Shown in pieces: positions 9,426-18,577 of a stretch of 64,000 nucleotides of DNA. The first letter of the stretch is position 1, and each line of letters opens with the position of its first letter. The DNA lies in NCBI GenBank assembly GCA_030648715.1, contig JAUSGZ010000017.1, positions 5,108 through 69,107 of the forward strand. Reading direction: 5' to 3'. The DNA is from a bacterium. GTDB taxonomy: Bacteria; Patescibacteriota; Patescibacteriia; Buchananbacterales; GWA2-38-13. The translations under genes and the position numbers were made by a program. A model generated the notes under the pieces. That model had not been told where the DNA came from. It did no database searches and saw only the letters and a list, made by a program, of their open reading frames with translations.

Positions 9426-10571
9426 ATGCGGGTTACTCACGTCATCAACGTTGCTGAAATCCCTGGTCGCCCCCTGTTCTCCGGATCGGAACAGCACGTC
9501 TTCGTATTGATGGCCGAGCAGCAGTCGCGCGGCCTGCAGGTTGAATTTGCTCCCCAGGTTTTCCGTGACGGCCCCAACTTGCAAAAAAAATTCTCGGAAC
9601 TGCAGGCGGCGGGGATAACGGTGGCCCCGACGCTCGTCAATGGCCCGTACCACTGGCAGACGAATCTGCGACTGCTGCCGCGACTCCTACCTTTCTTTCG
9701 CACGCGCCGCCAACGATTGATCCACACCCACCTTGACGGCGTGGACTACGCCGCGCGTTTTGCCGCTGGGCTTGCCGGATGCCGCCGGGTGATCAGCACG
9801 GTGCATAATAATGAACCCCACTACGCCCGGCGGCGGGAGCGGCTGCAGCTGCAATTCCTGGACCGCTGGAATGCGCGGTACATCGCCATTTCAGAATGTG
9901 TGCACCGCTACCTGGTCGACCGACTCGGACTCCCCCCAAAAAAAATCGTAACCATTTACTACGGATTACCGGCGCCTGCCGCCATCCTCACGCGAACAGA
10001 GGCGCGTCGCCGCCTCGGACTGGACCCGGATGACCCGCGATTCACCGTGGGTTTTATCGGACGCTTTGAACCGCAAAAAGATCCACACAGCCTACTGCGC
10101 GCCGCCGCGGAAATTCCCGAACTTCAACTGGTCATGGTCGGCGCCGGCAGTCTCGCCGTCGACCTTCTCCGCGACGCGCAAAGACTCCCCGACGGTCAGG
10201 TGCATTTCATCCCGTACCGGCCGGATGCTGCCGACTTGATACCGGCATTCGACCTACTCTGTCTTCCCTCGCGCTGGGAAGGTTTTGGCCTGGTGCTGCT
10301 GGAGGCCATGGTACGCAATGTACCGATTGCCGGCAGCACCGCAGGCGCGATCCCGGAGATCCTTGACCACGGTCGGTGCGGTCTCCTATTCGACCCATCC
10401 CAACCTTCAGCGCTGACCACGTGCCTTCGGTACGCCATGGCGCAACGCCAAGAATTGTCGCTCCTCGCGCAGCGGGCTGCGGCATGGGCCGAATCGCGCT
10501 TCACCACTGCCGCGATGGTGGAGCAGACTCTTACCGTTTATCGTGAAGTATCGGGGAAACAAAAATCGTAG
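9426..10571 (+). CDS. Glycosyltransferase family 4
   Basis: FIGRFEPQKDPHSLLRAAAE...SRWEGFGLVLLEAMVRNVPIAGSTAGAIPEILDHGRCGLLFDP. Confidence 0.85.
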   Translation: MRVTHVINVAEIPGRPLFSGSEQHVFVLMAEQQSRGLQVEFAPQVFRDGPNLQKKFSELQAAGITVAPTLVNGPYHWQTNLRLLPRLLPFFRTRRQRLIHTHLDGVDYAARFAAGLAGCRRVISTVHNNEPHYARRRERLQLQFLDRWNARYIAISECVHRYLVDRLGLPPKKIVTIYYGLPAPAAILTRTEARRRLGLDPDDPRFTVGFIGRFEPQKDPHSLLRAAAEIPELQLVMVGAGSLAVDLLRDAQRLPDGQVHFIPYRPDAADLIPAFDLLCLPSRWEGFGLVLLEAMVRNVPIAGSTAGAIPEILDHGRCGLLFDPSQPSALTTCLRYAMAQRQELSLLAQRAAAWAESRFTTAAMVEQTLTVYREVSGKQKS

Positions 10572-10572
10572 T

Positions 10573-11415
10573 ATGGCAAATCCGCTCATTTCCATCATTA
10601 TCCCGACCTACAACCGGCCGCAACAGGCCGTTGCAGCAGTCCAAAGTTTTCTCCGTCAAACCTACCAGCGCTTCGAGGTGATCGTCGTGAATGATGGCGG
10701 CACCCAAGAGGTCGGGCCGGCGGTGAGCGCGCTGGACGATCCGCGTATCCGCTTCGTCTCAAAACTGAACGGCGGTTTAGCCTCGGCCCGCAACTACGGA
10801 TTGCGGCTCGCGCAAGGTGAATTCGTCACCTTCTGTGATGATGACGACGACGTGTACCCGCAGCGCCTCGAGTTGCATCTCGCGCACGTCGAGGCCGCCG
10901 GCGCGGCGATTTCCTTCTGCAACGCCCACATCGTGACCGGCCGCCGGACCCGGCTATTTTTCGGCCACGCGCCCCAACCCTCCTTCACCGGCCTCTTCTG
11001 CCGCCGCAATCCGCCCGTTCACGCCTTCCTGGTTGCGCGCGAGTGTATTGAACGTGCCGGCGGTTTTAACGAACGTTTGCGCGTCTGCGAAGACTATGAT
11101 CTGTGGCTGCGGCTGCTGCCGCGGTACCGTTTTGACTATTTCCACCTGCCGCTGGTCCGGTATGTACGGCATCCCGGCGCGATGAGCAACGACTTGCCGA
11201 CGATGTCGCGCGAGATTTGCCGCCTGGCGGAAAATTACGTCCGTGTCCATACGGCAGAACTGCCCCCGGAATTCCTACAAAAATTCCGACGCCTGATGCT
11301 CCTGCGCCAGGGCAAGCGGCAATTGCGGGAACACGATTTCCTCGGCAGCCTGATGACGGCGTATGAGTGGCTGACCGCCGCCTGGTCGCGTCCCCGTACG
11401 CCAAACGCATCCTGA
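10573..11415 (+). CDS. Glycosyltransferase family 2
   Basis: MANPLISIIIPTYNRPQQAVAAVQSFLRQTYQRFEVIVVNDGGT...DDDDVYPQRLE (DxD). The start was trimmed to MANPL. Confidence 0.85.
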   Translation: MANPLISIIIPTYNRPQQAVAAVQSFLRQTYQRFEVIVVNDGGTQEVGPAVSALDDPRIRFVSKLNGGLASARNYGLRLAQGEFVTFCDDDDDVYPQRLELHLAHVEAAGAAISFCNAHIVTGRRTRLFFGHAPQPSFTGLFCRRNPPVHAFLVARECIERAGGFNERLRVCEDYDLWLRLLPRYRFDYFHLPLVRYVRHPGAMSNDLPTMSREICRLAENYVRVHTAELPPEFLQKFRRLMLLRQGKRQLREHDFLGSLMTAYEWLTAAWSRPRTPNAS

Positions 11416-11417
11416 CC

Positions 11418-12587
11418 ATGCAACGAACCCCCCAACCGCTCCATGTCCTCCATATCGTCGAGGCAACACTGACGGGCACGCGACGGCACGTGACCGACCT
11501 GGTGTTGCAGGCAACCCCGGCCGTGCAGCCAACGCTGATATTTTCCAGAGTACGTGCCGACCGCGAATTTACAAACTCGCTGGCAGCAATCCAAGCGCGC
11601 GGGATTCCGCTGGTCGAGGTACCGATGTATCGGGTCTTCAAACCGTTCCAAAACTTCCGAGCTGGCCTGCAAATTTGCGCCCACATCGCCCGCACGCGTC
11701 CGCACATCGTCCACACCCACGGCGCGATCGCCGGCATTATCGGCCGCTGGGCGGCACACCGTGCGCGTGTTCCCGTTATCGTCCACACCCCGAATGCCTG
11801 GCCGTTCCTCGCGACCGGTGAGTGGCTGCTGCGGAGTCTGTACCGCGGGCTAGAGCGCTGGACGGCGCGCTGGTCGGACGCCATTATCTGCGTCTCCGAC
11901 CACGAACGACGGCTCGGCCTCACCTACCGCATCGCGCCGCCGGAAAGACTTATCCTCATTCCCAACGGCACGGATCTGACGGCAATCCACGGCGACCGAA
12001 CAGCGGCCCGCACGCTCCTGGGTCTGCCGTCCGATGCGCTGGTCTTTGGCAGCGTGACCCGTTTTGCCCCCCAGAAAGACCCCCTCGGCCTGATCTCCGC
12101 GCTGCAACCGCTCACCGCTCGCTTCCCGCGCTTCCACCTGGTGATGGTCGGCGAAGGACCGCTCCTTGCCGCCGCTACAAAATTCGTGACGCGCCACCAT
12201 GTAGAGCGGCAGATCCACCTCACCGGATTTAGAACTGATGCGACCGCGCTGCTCTTTGGTTTCGACGCGTTCCTCCTCTCCTCGCGCTATGAGGGGCTTG
12301 CGTACGGCGTGCTGGAGGCGATGGCCGCCGGACTCCCCATCATCACCACCGCCGGCGGCAATGAGCAGGCCGTACGCCACGGAGTGAACGGCCTGGTGGT
12401 ACCCGTGGACGACCAGGTGGCGTTGCAAACAGCGGTCACGACCCTGCTGCAGGACCACCACCTGCGCCAGTCCTTCGGACAACAGAGCCGAGTTCGGGTA
12501 CAGCAGTTCACCGTTGATGGCATGGTCGGAAAGACGGAAGCGCTCTATCGGCGATTAGTGGAAGAGAAAGGACTTCTGCTAGAGTAA
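11418..12587 (+). CDS. Glycosyltransferase family 4
   Basis: HVLHIVEATLTGTRRHV...GSVTRFAPQKDPLGLISA...SSRYEGLAYGVLEAMAAGLPIITTAGGNEQAVRHGVNGLVV. The start was trimmed to the ATG at 11418. Confidence 0.85.
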   Translation: MQRTPQPLHVLHIVEATLTGTRRHVTDLVLQATPAVQPTLIFSRVRADREFTNSLAAIQARGIPLVEVPMYRVFKPFQNFRAGLQICAHIARTRPHIVHTHGAIAGIIGRWAAHRARVPVIVHTPNAWPFLATGEWLLRSLYRGLERWTARWSDAIICVSDHERRLGLTYRIAPPERLILIPNGTDLTAIHGDRTAARTLLGLPSDALVFGSVTRFAPQKDPLGLISALQPLTARFPRFHLVMVGEGPLLAAATKFVTRHHVERQIHLTGFRTDATALLFGFDAFLLSSRYEGLAYGVLEAMAAGLPIITTAGGNEQAVRHGVNGLVVPVDDQVALQTAVTTLLQDHHLRQSFGQQSRVRVQQFTVDGMVGKTEALYRRLVEEKGLLLE

Positions 12588-12593
12588 GCGGGT

Positions 12594-13937
12594 ATGATGT
12601 GGCTTTTGATCGCGAGCGACATCCTCATGCTTCAGGCGAGTTTTTGGCTGGCCTATGCGGCGCGCACCGGCACGTTCTTCGCTACTACGCTGGAAGTACT
12701 GCCGCCCATGGCGGTATATCTGGCTGCCTTGCCCTGGTCGGCCGCGCTCCTCGTGGCGATCTTTTACGTCCGCGGGCTCTACTGGCCGGCCCGCCGGCTC
12801 ACACCCGCGGTCGAGGCCTACGAAGTGGTCAAGGGAGTGACCGCGTGGGCGCTGCTGGTGATGTCGGGTTCCTATCTGGTGAAATTCGATTACTCGCGCA
12901 TCGTCGTCCTTGCGACCTGGCTGCTGGCCGTGGTCCTGGTGACCGGAGGACGCTGGATCTCCAGCCGCATCATCAGCGTACTTGCCCGCCGCGGCGTGGG
13001 TGCGCTCAACGTCCTGATCATCGGTTCGGGGAAACCGGCCCGCATCATTGCCCAACAGCTTCAGCCGTACGCTCGTCTCGGCTATCGCCTCGTGGGCTGT
13101 GTCGGGGACGGTGGAATCAACGGATTGCCATGCCTCGGTACCGCCGACGACGTACCGCGCCTGATCAACGCTCATAGTATCCGACAAGTCTACGTGGCGG
13201 AACCCGCGCTCTCGTACGACGCCATCCTGACCATGGTCTACACCTGTCCGTCCAAGAACGTCCAATTCCGCATCGCCGCAAATATCTTCCCCCGCTTCCA
13301 CGCTCCCCGCTCGCTGACCGAACTCGAGGGCTTCCCGTCACTGGATGTGCGGCGCGCGGAACCCGCGCTCTGGTACCGGGCCGCCAAGCGCCTCCTGGAT
13401 ATCCTTTTGAGCGGTTTCCTGCTGATGTTCAGCCTGCCGCTCTGGGGACTGATCGTGCTTTTTATCCGCCGCGATTCCTCAGGCCCCGCGCTCCTCACGC
13501 AGCCGCGCGTCGGCTACCGCGGACGGCGTTTCATCCTCTATAAATTCCGCTCCATGGTTGCCGCTACCGAACGCGACGCGACGCCACCCTCCAGCTTGCA
13601 GGATTCCCGCATCACCAATGTGGGCCGATTTCTGCGGCGCACCAGCCTGGACGAGCTGCCGCAATTGCTCAACATTCTCCGCGGCGACATGAGCCTGGTC
13701 GGCCCGCGTCCGGAACTGGAATCGCTCGCCGCGCGCTACCAGGGATGGCAGCTGCGCCGATTCGACGCCAAGCCGGGGCTGACCGGGCTGTGGCAGATCC
13801 TGGGACGCAAAGATCTCAGCCTGGAACAAAAACTGGAATACGATTTCTATTACGTCAACAATCAATCTCTGCTCCTCGATCTGATGATCATGGTCCGGAC
13901 CATCCCCCAGATCATTTTCGGCAAGGGTGCGTATTAA
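12594..13937 (+). CDS. Undecaprenyl-phosphate sugar phosphotransferase (WbaP/exopolysaccharide priming glycosyltransferase family)
   Basis: N-terminal TM helices, then the bacterial sugar transferase domain [57 protein letters not shown]...[22 protein letters not shown]. Confidence 0.9.
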   Translation: MMWLLIASDILMLQASFWLAYAARTGTFFATTLEVLPPMAVYLAALPWSAALLVAIFYVRGLYWPARRLTPAVEAYEVVKGVTAWALLVMSGSYLVKFDYSRIVVLATWLLAVVLVTGGRWISSRIISVLARRGVGALNVLIIGSGKPARIIAQQLQPYARLGYRLVGCVGDGGINGLPCLGTADDVPRLINAHSIRQVYVAEPALSYDAILTMVYTCPSKNVQFRIAANIFPRFHAPRSLTELEGFPSLDVRRAEPALWYRAAKRLLDILLSGFLLMFSLPLWGLIVLFIRRDSSGPALLTQPRVGYRGRRFILYKFRSMVAATERDATPPSSLQDSRITNVGRFLRRTSLDELPQLLNILRGDMSLVGPRPELESLAARYQGWQLRRFDAKPGLTGLWQILGRKDLSLEQKLEYDFYYVNNQSLLLDLMIMVRTIPQIIFGKGAY

Positions 13938-13938
13938 T

Positions 13939-15816
13939 ATGACCCTGCTGCGCACGGACAAAGTGGTTGCCGCCGGCACGCTGGCCGCGGTGCTGCTGGC
14001 GGCAGGCTTGGGCTGGAACAGCCGCGAACCGTGGGGAATGCTTCTGATCTCCGGCACGGTCCTCACGCTGGTGCTTTCCAGCCTGGCCGCCAAAAAACGG
14101 TCGGCGGCACAGCCATTCCCTGCCCCCCTGCTGCTGTTTGCCCTGGCGACCGCCATTGCCACGGCGACCTCAAGCTACGTGTATGGCTCGCTACTGGCCG
14201 CCCTGCCCATCCTCACCGGTATCGCGGCATTTTACCTTGGCCAGCAACATTTCCATTCGGTGCGGCGCCAACAGTGGCTGGCCGCAACGGTGGTTATCAC
14301 CGGGGTGGTCCTTGCGGTGGATGGGTTGCGCCGCGTCCCCGGCCTTGACAACCCCGAGCTTGGCATCGCGTCGGTGTTCCTGTGGAAAAACGCCTACGCC
14401 GGATGGCTGGCGATGACCTTGCCCATCGCCGTAGGGCTGGTTGCTGCCAGCCGCCGCCCGCTCCTTTTTTGGCTGAACATTGGCGGCTTGAGCACCATTG
14501 CCGCGGCGCTGTTCTTCACTTCGTCACAAGCGGGATGGCTGGCCGCAGGCGCGGGTATTGGTCTGGTGATCGCGGCATCGGCATGGCAACACCGGAGCGT
14601 TCCCAGGCGAGCGCTGCTGAGCCTCCTGATCGCCGGACTGGGAAGTGCCGCCATCATCGGCGTGCTGTGGCGGCTGCAAACGGACGGCATTGGGCCGCAG
14701 GGCAGCCCGGCAGCGCTCTCCCGCGTGGCCGGGTTCATCCCCGAGTCCACCAGCACCCGCCAGAACTACTGGAAAACAACGCTTGAGATGATCGCCGACT
14801 ACCCCTGGTACGGCGTTGGTCCGGGCAACTTCACCGCCTGGTACCCCCACTACTTCAAACAACCATGGCTGTACACTATCAGCCCGCATAATGTCGCCTT
14901 GCTTTATGCGGCGACGCTGGGCGTGCCCGCCACGATCTTCCTGCTCATGTTCTTAGGCCAACTTTTTTGGCGTACGCTCCGAGGCTGGCAACAGCAGTGC
15001 CGCGTCAACCAGGAAAAAGATTCTTGTGCGTGGACAGTGGTTTGGACCGGGAGCGCGCTGACCGGCATCGCGCATGCACTGCTGGACTTGACCTTTGAAG
15101 TGCCGGCAATCCTCCTGCTGTGGTGGCTGTTGCTCGGCCTGCTACACGGCAGCCAGGCACCGGAGGGAGCAGCAGTGCGTACCTCCAAGGTTGTTCGCGC
15201 AAGTCTGGCCAGTGTTGCCACCGCAACGCTGGTCCTGGTTTTTGTGCTGCTGATCGCCGACAACGCCTACCGCCAGGCGGTGGTGCTGACCGGCGCGAAC
15301 GCGGCACAACGCCTCTCCTTGCTGCAACGTTCCCTGTCTCTAATGCCGCTAGCAGCACCGGCGCACGAGGCCATCGCCCAACACTACTGGGAAATGGTGA
15401 CCGCCCACAACGGCGACCGCGGCGCCAACTTACGGGCCATGGTTGCCGCTGCGCGACGAGCGGCGGAACTTGAACCCGCCTCTGCACACCGACAGTGGTT
15501 CCTCGGCTACGCGTACTACCTGGGACAGACACCCGAACATGCCTACTGGCCGTTCATTATTGACCATCTCACCCGTGCTATCGCCTACGATTTTCACGAC
15601 CCGACGTACTATCGGACGCTGGCGGAAGTCTACCTGCGTCTTGGGTGGCCACAGCAGGCACGCGCGACGATCACCACGGTACTGGATCTGTACTCCGAAC
15701 AAGAGCTTTCCCGCATCACCTTCGGCGGGGTCATCTACGAGCAACTCGGCCTCCGGGAACGGCTGGAAGCACTGCGCGGGTTGCTGCGCTACACCGAACT
15801 TCCCGCGCGGAAGTGA
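13939..15816 (+). CDS. O-antigen ligase (Wzy_C/WaaL) family polytopic membrane protein with C-terminal TPR-like repeats; candidate O-oligosaccharyltransferase or polymerase
   Basis: Multiple TM helices and a large loop with the ligase-like YPWYGVGPGNFTAWYPHYF. The C-terminal ~200 aa are helical repeats (TPR-like). The start was set to MTLLRT at 13939. Confidence 0.75.
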   Translation: MTLLRTDKVVAAGTLAAVLLAAGLGWNSREPWGMLLISGTVLTLVLSSLAAKKRSAAQPFPAPLLLFALATAIATATSSYVYGSLLAALPILTGIAAFYLGQQHFHSVRRQQWLAATVVITGVVLAVDGLRRVPGLDNPELGIASVFLWKNAYAGWLAMTLPIAVGLVAASRRPLLFWLNIGGLSTIAAALFFTSSQAGWLAAGAGIGLVIAASAWQHRSVPRRALLSLLIAGLGSAAIIGVLWRLQTDGIGPQGSPAALSRVAGFIPESTSTRQNYWKTTLEMIADYPWYGVGPGNFTAWYPHYFKQPWLYTISPHNVALLYAATLGVPATIFLLMFLGQLFWRTLRGWQQQCRVNQEKDSCAWTVVWTGSALTGIAHALLDLTFEVPAILLLWWLLLGLLHGSQAPEGAAVRTSKVVRASLASVATATLVLVFVLLIADNAYRQAVVLTGANAAQRLSLLQRSLSLMPLAAPAHEAIAQHYWEMVTAHNGDRGANLRAMVAAARRAAELEPASAHRQWFLGYAYYLGQTPEHAYWPFIIDHLTRAIAYDFHDPTYYRTLAEVYLRLGWPQQARATITTVLDLYSEQELSRITFGGVIYEQLGLRERLEALRGLLRYTELPARK

Positions 15817-15850
15817 CGCAACATTCGCGTACGATCAGACGAACAAAAGA

Positions 15851-15872
15851 ACGGCATATGCCGTTCTTTGCC
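15851..15872. terminator. Hairpin (agaacggcatatgccgttct) between the convergent O-antigen-ligase-like gene and pilin gene; likely bidirectional terminator
   Basis: Perfect 9-bp stem around a 4-nt loop, flanked by aaaag on the plus side (T-run for the minus-strand pilin). Confidence 0.4.
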
Positions 15873-15888
15873 TATCGCGAAAGCCCTA

Positions 15889-16398
15889 TTAGTGTGCGCA
15901 GCTTGGGCCAACTCCGGCTTCGGTACCGCACAGCAATCCGACACCCAGCTGGCCGGCGCCGACTTCCAGTCGGAAATGGATCTCGTAACGTTCGCCGCTC
16001 AAACGCGCGTACGAATAATTGCACGGGGTGCCAAAGGTCGCGCACGGCCGGTTGTGGTTGGGCACATCCGACGTGCTGGCGGGATCGCGGGGAGCCAACC
16101 CCATGTAGACCGGATTGGCGCAGGTGGTGTCCACTTCCCAGCCAAGGGCGCCGAGGCATCCGATGCCGTTCGTTGGGTTGCCGATCTCGCCGTCGGCCAG
16201 CGTCGGAGGGAAATCAACACTCGTGTTGAAGTACACTTCCAGCGCCTTGCGCAGCTGGGCGACATCACCGGAACGAATGGCATCGCGGGCTTTGGAACGG
16301 GCATTCCCGTACGCGATGAGCACCAGGGTCGACAGCAACCCGATGATGGCAATAACCACCAGCATCTCGATCAGCGTAAATCCGGTCCGTCGAATCAT
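15889..16398 (-). CDS. pilA: Type IV pilin (prepilin-type N-terminal cleavage/methylation domain)
   Basis: MIRRTGFTLIEMLVVIAIIGLLSTLVLIA carries the G|FTLIE class III signal. The C-terminal globular domain has several Cys. Trimmed to the ATG at 16396..16398. Confidence 0.85.
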   Translation of the reverse strand: MIRRTGFTLIEMLVVIAIIGLLSTLVLIAYGNARSKARDAIRSGDVAQLRKALEVYFNTSVDFPPTLADGEIGNPTNGIGCLGALGWEVDTTCANPVYMGLAPRDPASTSDVPNHNRPCATFGTPCNYSYARLSGERYEIHFRLEVGAGQLGVGLLCGTEAGVGPSCAH

Positions 16399-16470
16399 GG
16401 TATTGGTAACATCTCCAGTATAACAGACTGCTCCCCTAGACGAAAACCGGCTGTGCACAGCAGCCCAACG

Positions 16471-16500
16471 AAAATTCCCGCTCTTGCGAGCGGGAATTTT
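16471..16500 (-). terminator. Rho-independent terminator downstream of pilin 2
   Basis: aaaattcccgctcttgcgagcgggaatttt: an 8-9-bp GC stem. On the transcribed (minus) strand it is followed by a T-run. Confidence 0.45.
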
Positions 16501-16526
16501 TCTCCCGATACTAGAGTCCCAATTAC

Positions 16527-17054
16527 TTAGTGGGAGCAGCTCCCGCCAGTGCCGGCTTCGGTCGCGCAGTTCAACCCGCTGTTCAGGCCACCGGTATTCG
16601 CCTCAAGGCGGAAGTGGATCTCATACCCGTTGGCGGTCCCGGTGCCGACGTTGATCTGGTCGTAGGAGTAGTTGCACGGCAACGCCCCTTCCGTTTCGCA
16701 GGGGTTATCGCTCCCCGGGTTGGAGGCGGTGTTGCTCGGATCGCGCGGCGTCAACCCCATGTAGATCGGAGCGGCGCAGGACGTATCCAGCTCCCAGCCG
16801 AGGTCGCCCAGACAACCTTGCCCGTTGGTGGGGTTGCCAATCTCGCCGTCGCCGGATTCCGGCGCGTAGGCGCCCTTGTCGTTGAAGTAGATCTCGAGTG
16901 CCGTTTGCAGCTGCTTCATGTCGGACACGCGCTTGGAGTCCCGAGCCTTCTGCCGGGCGGAGTTAAGGGCCACCACGGCGAGGGTTGACAGCAGACCAAT
17001 GATCGCGATCACGACCAACAGCTCAATTAACGTAAAACCTTTTCTGGTCTTCAT
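16527..17054 (-). CDS. pilA: Type IV pilin paralog
   Basis: MKTRKGFTLIELLVVIAIIGLLSTLAVVAL. It shares the internal GEIGNPTNGxGCLGxLGWExDTxCAxPxYMGLxPRDP block and the C-terminal YEIHFRLE...TEAG.G.SC.H block with the adjacent pilin. Confidence 0.85.
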   Translation of the reverse strand: MKTRKGFTLIELLVVIAIIGLLSTLAVVALNSARQKARDSKRVSDMKQLQTALEIYFNDKGAYAPESGDGEIGNPTNGQGCLGDLGWELDTSCAAPIYMGLTPRDPSNTASNPGSDNPCETEGALPCNYSYDQINVGTGTANGYEIHFRLEANTGGLNSGLNCATEAGTGGSCSH

Positions 17055-17258
17055 TGTGTCACCCCCTTTCCTTATAGAATTGACAGCGGAAATATTGTTT
17101 CCGCGTGCCTCGTGGTAGACGCTGAGCGTTGTCCGTACCACATCGGCTACGCTCAGTATAGCCGATTTCCAGTCCTTAGGTAAACCGTAAAGTTATCAAC
17201 AGTCACCCGGTACTGCTTGACTCAGTATAGCAAAAAAATGAGATAACAGCAATGAAAA

Positions 17259-18464
17259 TCAAATATTTTCGGACAGCTGATACAAGGGCAGGATGACGGC
17301 GGCGACCATCAGCCCGACCGCAATACCCATCATGCCGATCACCAACGGTTCAATGAGAGAAACGAGGTTCCGCACCACATTATCGATCTCGCGGGTATAA
17401 AAATTGGTCATTTTCTCCAACACGTGGTCCAGGCGTCCGGTCTTCTCGCCAACGTTCAGCATCTGCGCCACCATGAACGGCACGACCGAGGAGTGCAAAA
17501 ACACCGACGCGATGGGGTTGCCATCCTCCACCTCGCGGATGGTATCGGTAATGACCTTGCGGTAGACCTCGTTGCCGACCACATCCGCGGTAATGGCCAG
17601 CGCCTGGGGCAGGTTCACGCCGCCGACGATCAGCGTGTGCAGGCTGCGGGAAAACCGCACCAGCGCGATCTTCTGGAACAGCTTGCCGAATATCGGGACG
17701 TGCAATTTCACGGTATCCCACGTGCGGCGCCCTTCCTTGGTCCGGATGAGAAAAAAAAGTCCGATCCCTCCTGCGATGCCGCCGAGGAGCAAGAGCAGCC
17801 AGTAGTTGGAAAGAAAATCGCTGACCCAGATCAGCAAGCGCGTGGAAATGGGCAGCTCGGCTCCGCTCTCTTGCAGGATGGTGGTGATCTTCGGCACCAC
17901 GAACGTCATCATCATGAACCCGACAATGACCAGGCCGCTCAAAATGAACACGGGATAGATCATCGCGCCCCGGATACGGCTGGTCAGGTCGTAATCTTTC
18001 TCCAATTGGTTGGCCAGATACTCGAGTACTTCATCGAGTTTGCCCGACGTTTCGCCTGAACGGATGATGTTGACGTAGAACGCGTCGAACACCCGCTTGT
18101 GTTTCGCGAGGGCCACGGAAAACTTCGTGCCCGCCTCCACATCGTCGGCAACCTCGGAGACGATGACCTTGAGGTGCCGGTTCGGGGTTTGCGTGATAAG
18201 AATACGCAAACTCTGCACCAAGGGAACGTTCGCCGACACCAACACCGCCAACTGCCGCGAGAATACCACGACGTCGCGGATGGACACGCGCTTGAGCACG
18301 TCCAACGACTTCCCCAGGATGGAGGAAGATACCTCGTGCAGGTACACGATGGTCAACCCCCGCTCCCGCAGACTGTCGGCGGCCAGATCCTCCGTGGCCG
18401 CCTGTACCAGGCCGCTGACAGTCACATTCTCGGCAGTCTTGGCTTTGTAGGCGTATTCAGGCAC
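17259..18464 (-). CDS. pilC: Type IV pilus inner-membrane platform protein PilC (GspF family)
   Basis: 401 aa with two T2SSF repeats and 3 TM segments (MIYPVFILSGLVIVGFMMM...; IEPLVIGMMGIAVGLMVAAVILPLYQL). GTG start. Confidence 0.9.
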   Translation of the reverse strand: MPEYAYKAKTAENVTVSGLVQAATEDLAADSLRERGLTIVYLHEVSSSILGKSLDVLKRVSIRDVVVFSRQLAVLVSANVPLVQSLRILITQTPNRHLKVIVSEVADDVEAGTKFSVALAKHKRVFDAFYVNIIRSGETSGKLDEVLEYLANQLEKDYDLTSRIRGAMIYPVFILSGLVIVGFMMMTFVVPKITTILQESGAELPISTRLLIWVSDFLSNYWLLLLLGGIAGGIGLFFLIRTKEGRRTWDTVKLHVPIFGKLFQKIALVRFSRSLHTLIVGGVNLPQALAITADVVGNEVYRKVITDTIREVEDGNPIASVFLHSSVVPFMVAQMLNVGEKTGRLDHVLEKMTNFYTREIDNVVRNLVSLIEPLVIGMMGIAVGLMVAAVILPLYQLSENI

Positions 18465-18577
18465 AACGTAAGCTCAAAACGTAAAATGCAAAACGAAAAT
18501 CTTAGGAATCGGTCCCGCCGACGGCGGGACTTTGATAGTTTGCGCTTTGCATTTTGCGCTTTGCATTTTGCATTTCT

